This document shows, piece by piece, positions 36,402 through 49,706 of a stretch of DNA of 64,000 nucleotides. This stretch comes from Styela clava (taxonomy: Eukaryota), in contig NC_135258.1 in assembly GCF_964204865.1 (NCBI RefSeq), positions 10,230,001 through 10,294,000 on the forward strand, in the 5' to 3' direction. Numbering within the stretch: the first letter of the stretch is position 1; each line of letters begins with the position of its first letter. The translations under genes were made by a program, and so were the position numbers. A model generated the notes under the pieces. That model worked only from the letters and a program-made list of their open reading frames with translations, had not been told where the DNA came from and did not search any database.

Positions 36402-38343
36402 AGTTGACTTTCGCCAAATCAACCACCAGTTTTGGCTCGTATATTCCGTCCAGCTGTTTTCAAACCGACATTTCTCAAGAGTATAAATACGTTTGAAATC
36501 ATGGTTGCCAAATCACAACCATTTGTAGTGAAATATTTTCATGCTCCATAGCAAGGCTTTCGGTAAACTATTAAAATAAGGGTTAAATACGAATATATTC
36601 ACCTGTAACAGTCTGAAGTATTATTTTTGCATAAAAGTGGTAAATTTCTCAGGAATGAAATGTTTTTATACTTCGGTCAAATGTTTTTGTATTATTCACT
36701 TTTTTACCTAAAGTTTCCATAATATTGCATTGTATATTTTTTTATACCATGAAATAAGGAACTGTGAGTCGTTTTCATTGTTTTGTCACTTTATTTTATC
36801 TTTTTGGGAAAGGTGACACAGGGAAAACTTGAATGGAATGGTGCTAAACTTGAGTATTCACCACTCCGTCTGATATCGATGTGCCTAATCTGTAAATTTA
36901 CTGAGGCAAAACAATACTTCAAGCTACCAGTTTGACTTTTGCGTTTATCGTACTTAGTCATTATAATACTTCAATTAGATGAAACTAATCACCGTTTTCT
37001 AAGAAGTAAATATTTTCGAACCAATCTACCCATCAAGAGTCACAACACACAAGCCAGTGTTAGTTGGAAAACAGAGAAATTCTATCATTAGGGGTAAGAG
37101 ATTCAAAGTCGCAAAATAGGATTTTCTAGAATCGGGGAAATCACTGTTGTTTTTGTATGTCCTTCAAAGAGGCTAAGCCGCTAAATGTTAAAATAGTCGT
37201 TTAAAGTTTTTGGCTCTTTTTCGGGGAATATTTAAATGACTTTTTTATTTACAACGGAAAAAATATTTTTGTATTGAAATGATGTATTTGCGATATCAAT
37301 AGCATATATATGTTGAAAATGATGACGTGTTGATGACGTCATCACGGAGTTTTGTGATGGTCTTCGCCGGACCAGTGAAAAAGACAGAACGGAGAGCAAA
37401 TCAACCCTTGAATACTGAAGTATGTGGTATTGTGTCACGTATGGGATAAAGAGTCCAATAAATTATATTGTGATCTAATAAAAACGCCATCATTGTTTCA
37501 GGTATTAAAACTGGGCAAATTTGAGATTCTGAGTACACGTATGCCCAGTATGTTCCCCAGCTTTTAATTTTTTGGGGGGTATTTCGAAATTTAGGGGGTG
37601 GTAAATAATTTGCTATTAGCGATTAAACTATTTGTATTCTCAAAAATTGGTATGTATTTCAAAAACGATGTACATGAGGGGTCCCCCAAGTTAATTGACG
37701 GCGAGCCAAAATACACAGCAGAATAAAAATGTAGGGCCAGAAAAGGGGACCGAGAAAAAGTGCGCGACGACACGGCTGGGGTTTAGGGCGCGCTTAAGCG
37801 CCCTGAGAAAATTTTGAGAAATAAGCACCAAAGTAGGCTCTAAGCTTGATTTTAGATACACCTAGCATTGCAGTTTGTTATGTAATGAAATTAATAATTA
37901 TAATATTAGCTGATAGAATTCCCGAGGAATAAATATCAAGCACGGCTTTCATCAAGTAATTTACAACTTATAGTGACTAATGAAGTTACTTGCTCCTCTA
38001 GCTGCTAGCATATGGCATCGTATGAATGGCTACTTTGTTACACATTCCACATTTTTTTGAACATGTTTGTTTGACTTTTGTACGAATCAAGCAATAAATT
38101 AAATTTTGAAATACGCGCGTCAACTGATCATAATGGCGCATAATGTTGTATTCCTTCAGAACTGAAATATTTTGTTGGCAAGGAAGACAAATCGCTGAAG
38201 TTTTATTTTTTCCAATAAAGAAATAAAAACCTTGCCATTCATTTAAAAAATGTCTGTTTTCAGTGCCTAGTTTTCGTTTTGTGACATCTTTAAGCTTTCT
38301 TAATATATGGCTAAAACGGTTTCTAAAATACTGCGGTGTGTAA

Positions 38344-41300
38344 GGGACGGACTAAAAGTAGGCACTTGCAAATTAGGCACTTTTTTAGGCACTTATTTAG
38401 GCACTTTGGAAAAAAAGTAAAAAGGGCGTAATACCTTTTATAAACATAATTAATTAGTTAAAAATGGTCAAATTAAATGTTGAAAACGCAAACTGCAACG
38501 GGCAAACTCAATAACAATATTTAAAACGTAGTATTAAAGGCAGTCGCACGCGCTTGGTCACCACTTATGCTAGGCACATATTTGGGCACTTCGAAAAATA
38601 AATAAAATGGCAGTTATCACTAATAAAAGACAAAGACATAAACATATTACCCACACTGATTAGCCTGGGTAAATATCCAATAGATGCACTTGAGTCTAGT
38701 ACTGGAATTTAGAAATAATAAATTGTTACCGGTAGGCACTTATTTAGGCACTTCGGAAAAGAGGTGAAATGGACGTAGTAACTCCTAAAAAGGTAATGAA
38801 TTAGTTCAAAATATTTAAATTAAATGTTGAACGCGAAAATTGCAACAGTTAAATCCAATAACGATTTTAAAAACGTAGTATTAAAGGGAGACGCACGCGC
38901 TCTGTCACCACGTATGCTAGGCACATATTTGGGCACTTCGAAAAAAGAAGAAAATGGCAATTATCACTAATAAAAGACAGAGACATAAACATATTACCCA
39001 CACTGATTAGCCTGGGTAAATATCCAATAGATGCACTTGAGTTTAGTACTAGAATTTAGAAATAATAAATTGTTACCGGTAGGCACTTATGTAGGCACTT
39101 CGGAAAAAAGGTGAAATGGACGTAGTAACTCCTAAAAAGGTAATGAATTAGTTCAAAATATTTAAATTAAATGTTGAACGCGAAAATTGCAAGAGTTAAA
39201 TCCAATAACGATTTTAAAAACGTAGTATTAAAGGGAGACGCACGCGCTCTGTCACCACGTATGCTAGGCACATATTTGGGCACTTCGAAAAAAGAAGAAA
39301 ATGGCAATTATCACTAATAAAAGACAGAGAAATAAAAATATTACCCACACTGATTAGCCTGGGTAAATATCCAATAGATGCACTTGAGTCTAGTACTGGA
39401 ATTTAGAAATAATAAATTGTTACCGGTAGGCACTTTTTTAGGCACTTATTTAGGCACATCGAAAAAAAGGTGAAATGGGCGTAATAACTTTTAAAATGAT
39501 AATGAATTAGTTGAAAATTGTCAAATTAAATATTGAACACGCAAATTGCAATATGTGAACCGAATAACAATATTTAAAACGTAGTATTAAAGGAGTCACA
39601 CGCGCTCGGTCACCACATATGCTAGGCACATATTTAGGCACTTCGAAAAAAGAAGAAAATCGGAATTATTACCAATAGAAGACAGAGAAATAAAAATATT
39701 ACTCACACTGATTAGCCTGGGCAAATATCCAATAGATGCACTTGAGTCTAGTACTGGAATTTAGAAATGATAAATTGTTACCGGTAGGCACTTTTTTAGG
39801 CACTTCGAAAACATTGTGAAATGGACGTAGTAACTCCTAGAAAGATAATGAATTAGTTCAAAATATTTAAATTAAATGTTGAACGCGAAAATTGCAACAG
39901 TTAAACCCAATAATAATTTTTAAAACTTAGTACTAAAGGGAGACGCACGCGCTCGGTCACCACATATGCTAGGCACATATTTAGGCACATCGAAAAAAAA
40001 AATGGGAATAATCACCAATAAAAAAAAGAAAATAAAAATATTAGTCAAAATGATTAGCCTGGGACTGGGTGAATATCCAATAGATGCACTTGAGTCTAGT
40101 AGTGGTATTTGAGAATAATAAATTGTTACCGGTAGACACCTTTTACCGTGTTTCCCCGAAATTAAGACAGTGTCTTATTTCAAATTTCTTCCTAAAATTA
40201 CCACTAGGGCTTTTTTTCGGGGGATGTCTTATATTTTAATTTATCAAAAACAAAATTACAAAGTAAAGAATTAAGATATGTTCAAATATGCAAAATATAA
40301 AAACCGATATCATTGGGTTTACTTGTTGCAATTTGCATATTAATTTTTTAATTTAAATATTTTAAACTAATTCATTATCTATTTAAAAGTTATTACGCCC
40401 ATTTTACGCATTTTTAGAAGTGTCTAGATAAGTGACTAAAAAGTGCCTACCGGTAACAATTTATTATTCTCAAATATCACTACTAGACTCAAGTGCATTC
40501 ATCGGATATTCAAATAGGCTAATTATTTTGACTAATATTTTTATTTTCTGTATTTTTATTCATGATAATTACCATTTTCTTTATATTTCGAAGTGTCTAA
40601 ATATGTGCCTAGCATATGTGGTGACAGAGCGCGTGCGTCTCCCTTTAATACTATGTTTTAAAAATCGTTATTGGGTTTACCTGTTGCAATTTCCGCGTTC
40701 AACATTCAATTTAAATATTTTGAACTAATTCATTATCTTTATAGGAGTTGCTACGTTCATTTCACCTTTTTTTCGAAGTCCCCACCGGTAACAATTTATT
40801 ATTCCTAAATTCCAGTACGAGACTCAAGTGCATCTATTGGATAGTTGTCCAGGCTAATCAGTGTGGATAATATGTTTATTTCTCTGTCTTTTATTAGTGA
40901 TAATTGCCATTTTGTTTATTTTTCGAGGTGCCTAAATATGTGCCTAGCATACGTGGTGAGAGAGCGCGTGCGTCTCCCTTTAGTACTACGTTTTAAAAAT
41001 CATTACAGTATTGGGATTTAACTGTTGCAATTTTTGCGTTCAACATTTAATTTAAATATTTTGAACTAATTCATTATCTTTCTAGGAGTTACTACGTCCA
41101 TTTCACCTTTTTTTCGATGTGCCTAAATAAGTGCCTACTGGTAACAATTTATTATTTCTAAATTCCAGTACTAACCTCAAGTGCATCTCTTAGATATTTA
41201 CTCAGGCTAATCAGTGTGGGTAATATGTTTAATTCTCTGTCTTTTATTAGTGAATATGCCATTTTATTTATTTTTCGAAGTGCCTAGCATATGTGGTGAC

Positions 41301-41474
41301 CAAGCGCGTACGACTGCCTTTAATACTGCGTTTTAAATATTGCTATTGAGTTTGCCCGTTGCAATTTGCGTTTTCAACATTTAATTTGACCATTTTTAAC
41401 TAATTAATTATGTTTTTAAAAGGTATTACGCCCTTTTTACTTTTTTTCCAAAGTGCCTACTTTTAGTCCGTCCC
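38344..41474. mobile_element. Foldback (Mutator/FB-like) element: long inverted arms built of ~350-bp tandem repeats
   Basis: TIR GGGACGGACTAAAAGTAGGCAC / GTGCCTACTTTTAGTCCGTCCC; perfect 9-bp TSD GGTGTGTAA at 38335-38343 and 41475-41483. The unit marker GATTAGCCTGGG occurs at ~38658, 39005, 39353, 39710 and 40052, with three inverted units in 40430-41460. Confidence 0.92.
40146..40311. mobile_element. Left half of a pogo-like MITE at the centre of the foldback
   Basis: TA-CCGTGTTTCCCCGAAATTAAGAC... is homologous to 23066-23230; the right half is missing. Confidence 0.8.
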
Positions 41475-44400
41475 GGTGTGTAATCCTAATACCCATACGT
41501 ATACATAAGACACCGGTCTATTTCAATTGTTACGAAATAAACGTACTTAAACTGTGATAATGATGTAACGATAGACGGAATCTAAAACTCAAAAGTACCA
41601 CATGAAGTGTTAAACTATTTTACTCAAGTTCGTCGGGCCATTTTAAATCGTTACGCGGGCCGTAATTGGCCCGCGGTTTGGAACCCCTCATCTACACTGA
41701 TAAATATTCCGGAGTCGTTATATTTGAATACAAATATAATTGAGTCAGGAATTACAGTGTGAACTGTGGAATCGGACCTCAAAATTAGGGGGGGTGTTTG
41801 AAATTTTAGGCGGGGTGTTCACCCCCTATAGGGGGGGGGGGGGGGGGGGGGTAGGGAAATCACTGCGTATGCCACATATAGACAATCTATTGCCCTACCA
41901 AGTACTAACCCACAGACAATTCGTCTATAAGAAGGTGCTGAAGTTGAGGTAGCACTATCATACTACCTGAAACTACATGAAATTGTCTTATTCTTCTCCT
42001 AATCGTACCGATATCGGTAATCAACAAATCTCCAATTGGTGCATCACTTATAGACTAATTACTAATGCATACGTATCACAAGAGCTTTCATTCCGTCGAG
42101 ACTAAATGAAGTACAATGTACATAGCGGCAAACACTTTAATATTAAAAAAAATTTAGTGGGCCGGATGCCAGTTTTAGTTAATCATGTTTATTCTCATTT
42201 AATCCATACAGAAACAGTTCGATAAATATCAAACGAATGCATCACTAGCCAGAATACTGCATTGAAGTGCATATTAGTGTGCTACGTGATATGCTTGAAT
42301 ACGAGATAGTCATCTGACAAATCTGATTTATAAACTGCTTTCAATGCTTTCGACGGAAACTAACATAAACTCAAGATTTAATTGATTGGATGAGGCTAAT
42401 GCCCGGTGCAAGAATGGTAAAGAGTACCGTAACTTTTCGACATACGCACTTGTCACACCAAAAAACGATATTGCTCACCCCAGGCTCACCCAAGCGACAA
42501 AGTAATGATTCTTCGCCCGATCTAGGTTGAATTTTTTTTATTCAATAGCAAAATATCGTTATATCGCCCATTCAATAACTGAAGCTGATAAAAACGACTT
42601 GGTAGTAGTAGGACAGGTACGTGATATCACTGAATATGGCAACACTGAACACCAACTTCATAAACATAAAACGAACGCCATTATTATTAACAATATGGCC
42701 TATTACGTCACAATCATATTAGAAAACTGTAAGTGAACGCCAATGAAACGAGCGCTGAAGAATAACTTAAATTTAGGCGGGATCTACTAGTGTCGACCCT
42801 CTCATCCTGCACTGGTTTTACTCTTGATTACTTTCTCGCTTTTTAAATTTTGCGTCGGCGTCATTGTCTGTCAGGAATTAGCTCGCGATGTTTTGTATGA
42901 AAATTATATGATGTACGATAAAGTGCATAGCAAGGAAATCGCAATTTTGTGTAAAGTTTAGTCAGCTAGTTTTCAGGTTTTAGCTAACGTTAATTTTAGG
43001 AAAAGCTAGATTGGATTGTCGTGAAATTTGGAAATATTTGCCTGCTTTCGTACAATTTACCATGAAAAACCGAGCCGGACTAACTGTATGACCATATTCC
43101 TGGGAAACTATAATATATGCTAGTATGCAAACCACCTATGAATATGATTGTTTGCAGAGCATTTCATTTAAATCAGTAGTTTTAGTATATATTATGAGGA
43201 GTTGTTGGTGAGTACCTGTTGACTACCGTAGTCTACATTACCTAGAACTTGGCAGGCTAGGTCAGGTCGCCTCAGGCCACTGCAACCTACTAGCCTACAT
43301 AGGCCTACTAACCTGTGCGGTGGCAGTTGGTCATCGTAATTTTAGGTACAAATTAATAATTTTGATCATTATAAATTATAACGTTAATCAAGTAGGCCTA
43401 TAAGTCTGCGTGTTTATTTTATATATTTCTTCAAAACTCTTAAGTTAAAATTACTTCAATGGTGATTTTGTAATTAATTGAAAGATGTTAAAATGCGAAG
43501 ACGAAAGCGGTTTCTTAAAGTTAAAAATCTTGTTTTGTGGTTGTTTTTAATTGTATCCAGGCTAGGTCCCGCGCGACTCGTTTTGGATTGGGACCCGCAA
43601 TAATTAAGTTGGGGTCTGACTTATTTATAAAGCATTGCGGCAGGAAAAGAGTAGTATCATCCTTGCGGATAAGCTCTTGTGCTGCTATGTCTCTCGGGTT
43701 AGGGCAGCTCTCGACCACAAAATTGTTGCTATGTTAGGTTAATTTCGAAAAATTCGCCAGAATTTCGTAAGATAGTGATAACTTATTGTTTATTCCGCAT
43801 GTAAAGTATTGTATCGTACTCAAATGTTGAGTAAAATAATAAAAAGACTGTCATCAGGTCACGTGAACGAAATCTGTAACGTTATTTCGGAATTAGTTTC
43901 CACCTCATCCATCTATTGAGAGCTTTATTGAATTTCGTCATATTAAAACTAGCTTATACCAGATAGCTAACGCTCACGCAATTTCCCATAAATATGTGTA
44001 AATCGTGTTTTCTATTTAATTTAAAGTAAATGAAAGCATTTCGATGTGGATTTGAAGGCATGTGTACAATTCAATTTATATTCAAATATGAAACCATGTT
44101 TACGTTGACCTGTCTTGAACCAATGCAAACCCGGTACTACTTACTAGTTTATACTAGCACTGGGGCCCAGATTTTTTTCAATACGTCCCAGAATCGATAA
44201 TTTAAGTTTGAATAACAACAGAGAATAGCGTTTATGGCCAGAAAATTATGCTTCCCTGTTCAACGTTGCGTTGCCATGCAATTCATACGTGCGACGTGAT
44301 TGACGCGGCAGCTGTTTATTGTTGGTGTTAGGTAGCTTGCGCCTACCGTTGATACATGTCTTCGATTGCAGCCATGACTTAGGCCGGTGTTCGCTAAAAA

Positions 44401-44849
44401 AATTGTACTTCACGAATCTGAGTGGAAGATTAGAAAATTTACTTTATTTCTGAAGGTTTACAGCTTGTAGGACAAGTGCAGTTTTGTATGGAGAAGTTTT
44501 TTTGAAATGTGTTCAAGCCCGATATAGCTATATGATTGAGCAGGGATAAACGGTGACGTCCCGTCTGCATACAAATGCTTTGGAGCCAAGGGAATATCGC
44601 TTTGTCGTTTGAGTATAATTTTATTTCTATAATGATATCGACAAATTGTGTCTGGCTGTTACGCGATTTTTTAAATAATTTTAGAATGGGAATAAGTTTA
44701 TCAATAGGCTTGTGTTTAGTTGGTACAAGTTTTTGATATCACCACCTAAACAAGTTTACTTGTTCGAGTTTCAACAAGTTCTATTTGTCTATACTTCAGA
44801 TTCACTATTATTTATAATTTAGCCATACAAAGATCTCTTTGGCACCATA

Positions 44850-47800
44850 ATGGTAGAAAAATGTCCACAATACAGTGCTTTGCCGTCTCCCGGGCTTCAA
44901 TATAATACCTGTTACAAGCACGTCCCGCTCTCTTTGAGCACAACCCCACCCGCGGCACACCCTTCATCTTTAGGTGGTACTCCCACCGGGATTGGTCTGA
45001 TGACTGCTCCCAATGCTCCAAGGTTCGGCACAGTAATACCAAGTCGCATCTTTGTTGGAGGAATTGACTTTAAGGTGGGAAAAAGTTATAATACTAGTTA
45101 AACTGCCTTTTACGTATGGGCTGACTGATATTTCGTTCGGAATTAGTTTTGATGAAACGAGAGCGGAACATAATAAGTACTCATTGCCCACGGTCATTGT
45201 ATGTTCGTGTCATCGTAATATTAGAGCTGTATACTGACTATTAATTAAACAAATTTGGAATGTTGTGTTTCAAACGTTGTTCCATTTATTGATGCATTCA
45301 GCGTTGTACTGAATATTTCAAGGGTTTCCAGTTCTGTATGTCTACTCGTGTTCCTCTAGATCAGGGTGGTCCAGACGCAGGTCACATGTGGCCCGCCGCT
45401 CCATTATCTGTGACCCGCATCACATTCGGAGAGAATCAAATAATCGCATTTCGTAATAAAATTAATCAGAAAAATATTTTTACATATTGTTACATCTCTA
45501 ATGGCACTGAATTGACTAGTGTTATGGCTAGCTGTGAGGCAACTAGCGAAGTTGAATGATGTGGTTAGTCTAAATTAGTATCTGACTTTCTGTTTTTTTG
45601 GTCGGGAATATATGCTAACAATATAGGCATCATAGAAAACTAAGAATCAAATGCGGATTCTATTAGCAAATGCAGGCTATGTCTTATAACTATATGTTTG
45701 CACAATGAAAAGTGTTTGTTTTGTATTGCACTGTTTACTTATTTTTGGCTGTATTGTAGCCCGTGAACAATGCAAAAATAATTTTGTGGCCCGCGGAGCC
45801 GACAATGTTGGACCACCCTGCTCTAGATATATTATTCTATTAAATTGTTGCGGTTACATTTGGTATAGAGAGATTTGTACTCGTATTGTATATATATATT
45901 TTTTTTTGTTTTTGTTCTTTCTCAGACAAGCGAAGATGATCTTCAAACGTTTTTTAGTACATTTGGAGCAGTTCGTGACACCAAGATCATACGAGATAGG
46001 GCCGAGGTTTCCAAAGGGTAAATGTCAATTTGATATTGAGCTTGTTTCATGATTATTCGAACAATGTCTTTAATTTAATGCGTTACAATTTGTTTATTTG
46101 AGAATGAGTATGAATTCAAACTTTCGTTTGAGATATCAGGTGATTCTGTATGATCTGGGAGCATTTGAATACATTTTATGCAGTTGTTTTATTGACGCCG
46201 ACTTTTTCTCACGAAACTCGGAGATGTTGATCTTTTGGCTTATATCTGAAGATATCGTACTTTAATAGGGTGTTTCATAATACATATTTTTACTCAAAGT
46301 TACAAATCTAAATTTGATTTTTGAAACTGCCAGAATATGTCATAACTTCTATTTCTAAATTTCAAATTAATTACTCTTCAGTGCAATTCATCACAGCACA
46401 TAAAATGTAATTTGTCAGTTGTCATAGCAATGCTTGAAATTTGATAGTGTGTCAAGTTCTTCATTTAGCGTTTGACGTTTTGGTTCTGATAGTCGAGACT
46501 ATTTTTACAGGTATGGATTTGTAACATTCAGCTCGACTGAAGAAGTCAACAAAGTCATGGACCAGGTGAGAGAATTCATCTGCTGGCTTTTTCTGTGTAT
46601 AGACTCTGCATAGTTATTTTGTGACTTGATTTTCTCTTGGCCTATACGTCCGTCGCTTATTTTCCTTTGGATAACGTTTGCATTCTAAGTTATTGATCAA
46701 AGCTTGATGTACTGAAAAAACACAATCTTGTTTGTAATAGTAAGCATCACTTTCAAATGCAAATTTTGCACAATCCTATTTTCACAGGAGGACTGTCTCT
46801 ACTTAAACGGGAAAAAGTTGAATATTGGACCTGCCATAAGAAAACAACAAATTTATCTACCGAAAGGTTTTGTATACATTCATACATTAATATTACTTTA
46901 AAATGACGTTATTTTGACATCTTTTATGATTCATAGACATCCACGTTCCTGGCCCAGTGTGCAGTTGGGTGGTTCATCCTGGCGGATATGCGTCCTATAC
47001 GAACGCGAATGGAATCACATACTTTTTACCAACACCGCAACTATTGTCTACACAGGTACGCCAATTCTGTGCAGTAATATATTTGCTTTGGATTTTTCCA
47101 TTTCAGCTTATAACCATTTAAGCAAGTCTGAGCTTAAGGCGAACCCCTCAACCAACCAAATCGAAATATGGGAGAAAAATATATCTTCTTCTTGCATCTT
47201 TGAAAATTTATCCAACCTATGTTCGCTCGTATGTGTTTTTTGCGATGTGCTTTGAATATGCAAAATTCTATCACATCTACACTTTATTGACACACTAAAT
47301 TCGTTGAACAGGTTATGCCAAGTCAGCAACCATATGTGATGGCTTACAACGGTGCTGCGGCACCTTCCATCAACGGATTGGGGCAACCAATGACGCAGTA
47401 TGCCGGTTTTAGTCAAGGTACAACAGGAACCCTTCAGCCGATCCACAGCAATATGACTTTGCCATGGAGTCCAACTCAGGTCCATTTTTTTCGTGTTATC
47501 ATTATTTTACCGACATTTCATACACTAGAGATATTTGTACACATTTATGGAAGAAAAGTATTATTTAAGGGGAACATTTCACTTGGTTCGCAGTGGATCT
47601 TGTGTTGTTGCTCTCAAAATCAGACTGGCTGTCAAATGACAGCCCAATATGCCATTTACGTAGCAGTACTTTCGAATGTTGGTTGTTTGTGAGTTTATCG
47701 GTGCAAAGTAGTTTGACATAGCATTACTGCAGTACGTGATGTAGAAACAACTGCCTCTTTATTACGTTTTTTTAATGTGTTTGTTAATAGAATGTCCGAT

Positions 47801-49706
47801 AACTGATACGATTTCTTTTTATTCAAGACTGGCTCCTGTGGACAAATTCTAACTTCCGTCCCGACGTTGGAACATAACCAGCCGATAAGTATGATTCAAT
47901 TGGCATCAACGAATTCAGCACCTGGAAACGTAGCTCCTTCCACCAGAACGCCAGCCAATGCTAACCAAGTAAGATATTTCGTATTTATTTAATAGGTAAA
48001 ATATGGAAAATTCAAATACTTCTAAATATTAAATAATCGTAGTGAAAATTTTCGATATTATTTGAATCTGTTCATTGTAAAAACTTTTATAATTTTCGGA
48101 TTTCAGGTGCTACCTGTACCTAGGAACCGTGTCATGTTCTTTGTGTTTTATTCATCATTGATTGTTTGCGTGCTATGTAAAAATCTTCCACTCTTCTATT
48201 TAAAACAGACAACCCCCGTTGTTGCTGCAGCCGTGCCACAGACGCACATTCAAATTCCAACAAGTTACGTCTGCTCTCCTGTGCCTACCGGTCAACAATC
48301 AGCTGTGCCGATGAGATTCGCCCCTCATCCAGGAACTCAGGTGCTGCATGGGGTTACTGAGCAAGGACAACCCGTGATGCATTCCGTTAACTATGGACAA
48401 CAGGTATTTAGAATTCTATTTTGGGACGTAAAAATTAGAATTGCGACAAATAAAATAATAAATCTGTCGATTTTTATTTTTCTTGACTAAAATTCGCTAG
48501 AGAGCCCTTACTTGAATTTTCGTCCGATTTTTTGTGCCTTTATTTAACATGATACTCGGTTCAATTCGGTTGCGTTACATATAATGTAACACGTTCAATT
48601 GAATGTTAAATGTTCAATACATCCATTATTTACCTATAATTCCGGCGAAAATAGTACAATACTAAACCTGAGCATTTAGATTTTAGTAATATGTCATATA
48701 TACAAGCTAATAAAAAGCATTATGGAATCCTCAGCCAAATTTGTTCAGAACAAGGAATAAATGCGCAATAGTGGTACTGGTAGCGCCACCAAAAATACGG
48801 CGATTTCGTTCTGTTACGATCGGTAGCAATACTAGATTCAAACCCGTGTTCTCTAAGATGTGACTTACAGCCAGCCCAGTCCTCTCATTTTGTACAATAT
48901 ATATTCTGCGTATTTTCGGGGGAATTAGTATTACTCTGGCGTCTACCTGGCTAACTCCGCCCGTGACATTGAGTGTTATGTTCAGGCTTGTCCATGAGAC
49001 ATATTTTCATGTCCCATTCCCATTCCATAGCAATTATGGCTGTCCCATCCCATCCCATGGGATTCCCATAGGAATACAAGGTTTAGCGTCTACTAAATAG
49101 GACTACATGAATGAAGGGACGTGCAAAACAACAAAATTTACGGACTTTGTTAAGTTTATATTTATAACTATTATACTTGTGTGATGTGTCCATCAGCCCC
49201 CTCGCCGCGAAGTATTGTTAATGCTGAATATATTATGCTCTTTATAACTAACAAGAGAGATACGCTCAAATATATGGACGCGAAGTCCATAACGAAATGT
49301 TTTACCATCCCCAAAAATCATACGGTTTTCGTGTCCCACGTGTCCCATGGGAAATACGAGTGTGTGCCATCCCATGGTACGTCCATGGACAGCCTGGTTA
49401 TGTTACGTGTTATATCACAAACCTTCATAATAATTTATGTATTTTCAGATGTTCAATACACCAACCCTTGGATCCAAGCCAAATTCCCATGTTGCGGCTG
49501 GAGTTGGTGATATGGCGACTATTACTATGGCCGACGGTAATGTGGTACCGGCTTATAGTGTACAGCAAGCTGTATATCCTACCATGGGCCTAGTCGGACC
49601 AGGTGAACTAGGAGCCCCTGTGCATTACACTCAGTTGTCGGCGCACCAGGCGAGTGACGTTCTGACTCCTCCACCTACTCCGGAGACACAGTCTCAGAAC
49701 AAGTGA
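44850..49706 (+). CDS. boule: Boule (DAZ family) RRM RNA-binding protein; exons 44850-45074, 45926-46017, 46511-46565, 46788-46866, 46937-47055, 47312-47479, 47828-47968, 48209-48403, 49449-49706 (~443 aa)
   Basis: APRFGTVIPSRIFVGGIDFK (RNP2), DRAEVSKGYGFVTF (RNP1), KKLNIGPAIRKQQ and the DAZ-like YTNANGITYF are diagnostic of Boule. All introns are GT-AG. The exact N-terminus and 5'UTR exons are uncertain. Confidence 0.93.
45362..45820. mobile_element. hAT MITE in a boule intron
   Basis: TIR CAGGGTGGTCCA / TGGACCACCCTG; TSD CTCTAGAT on both sides. Confidence 0.92.
48983..49396. mobile_element. hAT MITE with CCCAT/ATGGG subterminal repeats in the last boule intron
   Basis: TIR CAGGCTTGTCCATG / CATGGACAGCCTG; TSD GTTATGTT on both sides. 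Confidence 0.9.

Larger units (their letters stand above)
37546..41865. mobile_element. hAT-type element hosting a nested foldback element
   Basis: Perfect 8-bp TSD CGTATGCC at 37538-37545 and 41866-41873; imperfect TIR CAGTATGTTCCC / GGGAAATCACTG; G-rich subterminal tracts. Confidence 0.8.

Noticed and set aside
38400-40140. Regular repeats resembling a CRISPR array
   Set aside because: The entire ~350-bp unit repeats with no unique spacers; no cas genes; eukaryotic context; explained by the foldback arms.
41831-41851. Poly-G run as a G-quadruplex regulator
   Set aside because: Part of a transposon subterminal region; homopolymer length is unreliable.
48760-48970. Possible tRNA or tRNA-derived SINE in a boule intron
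   Set aside because: Only a weak B-box-like motif; no cloverleaf or TSD could be established.
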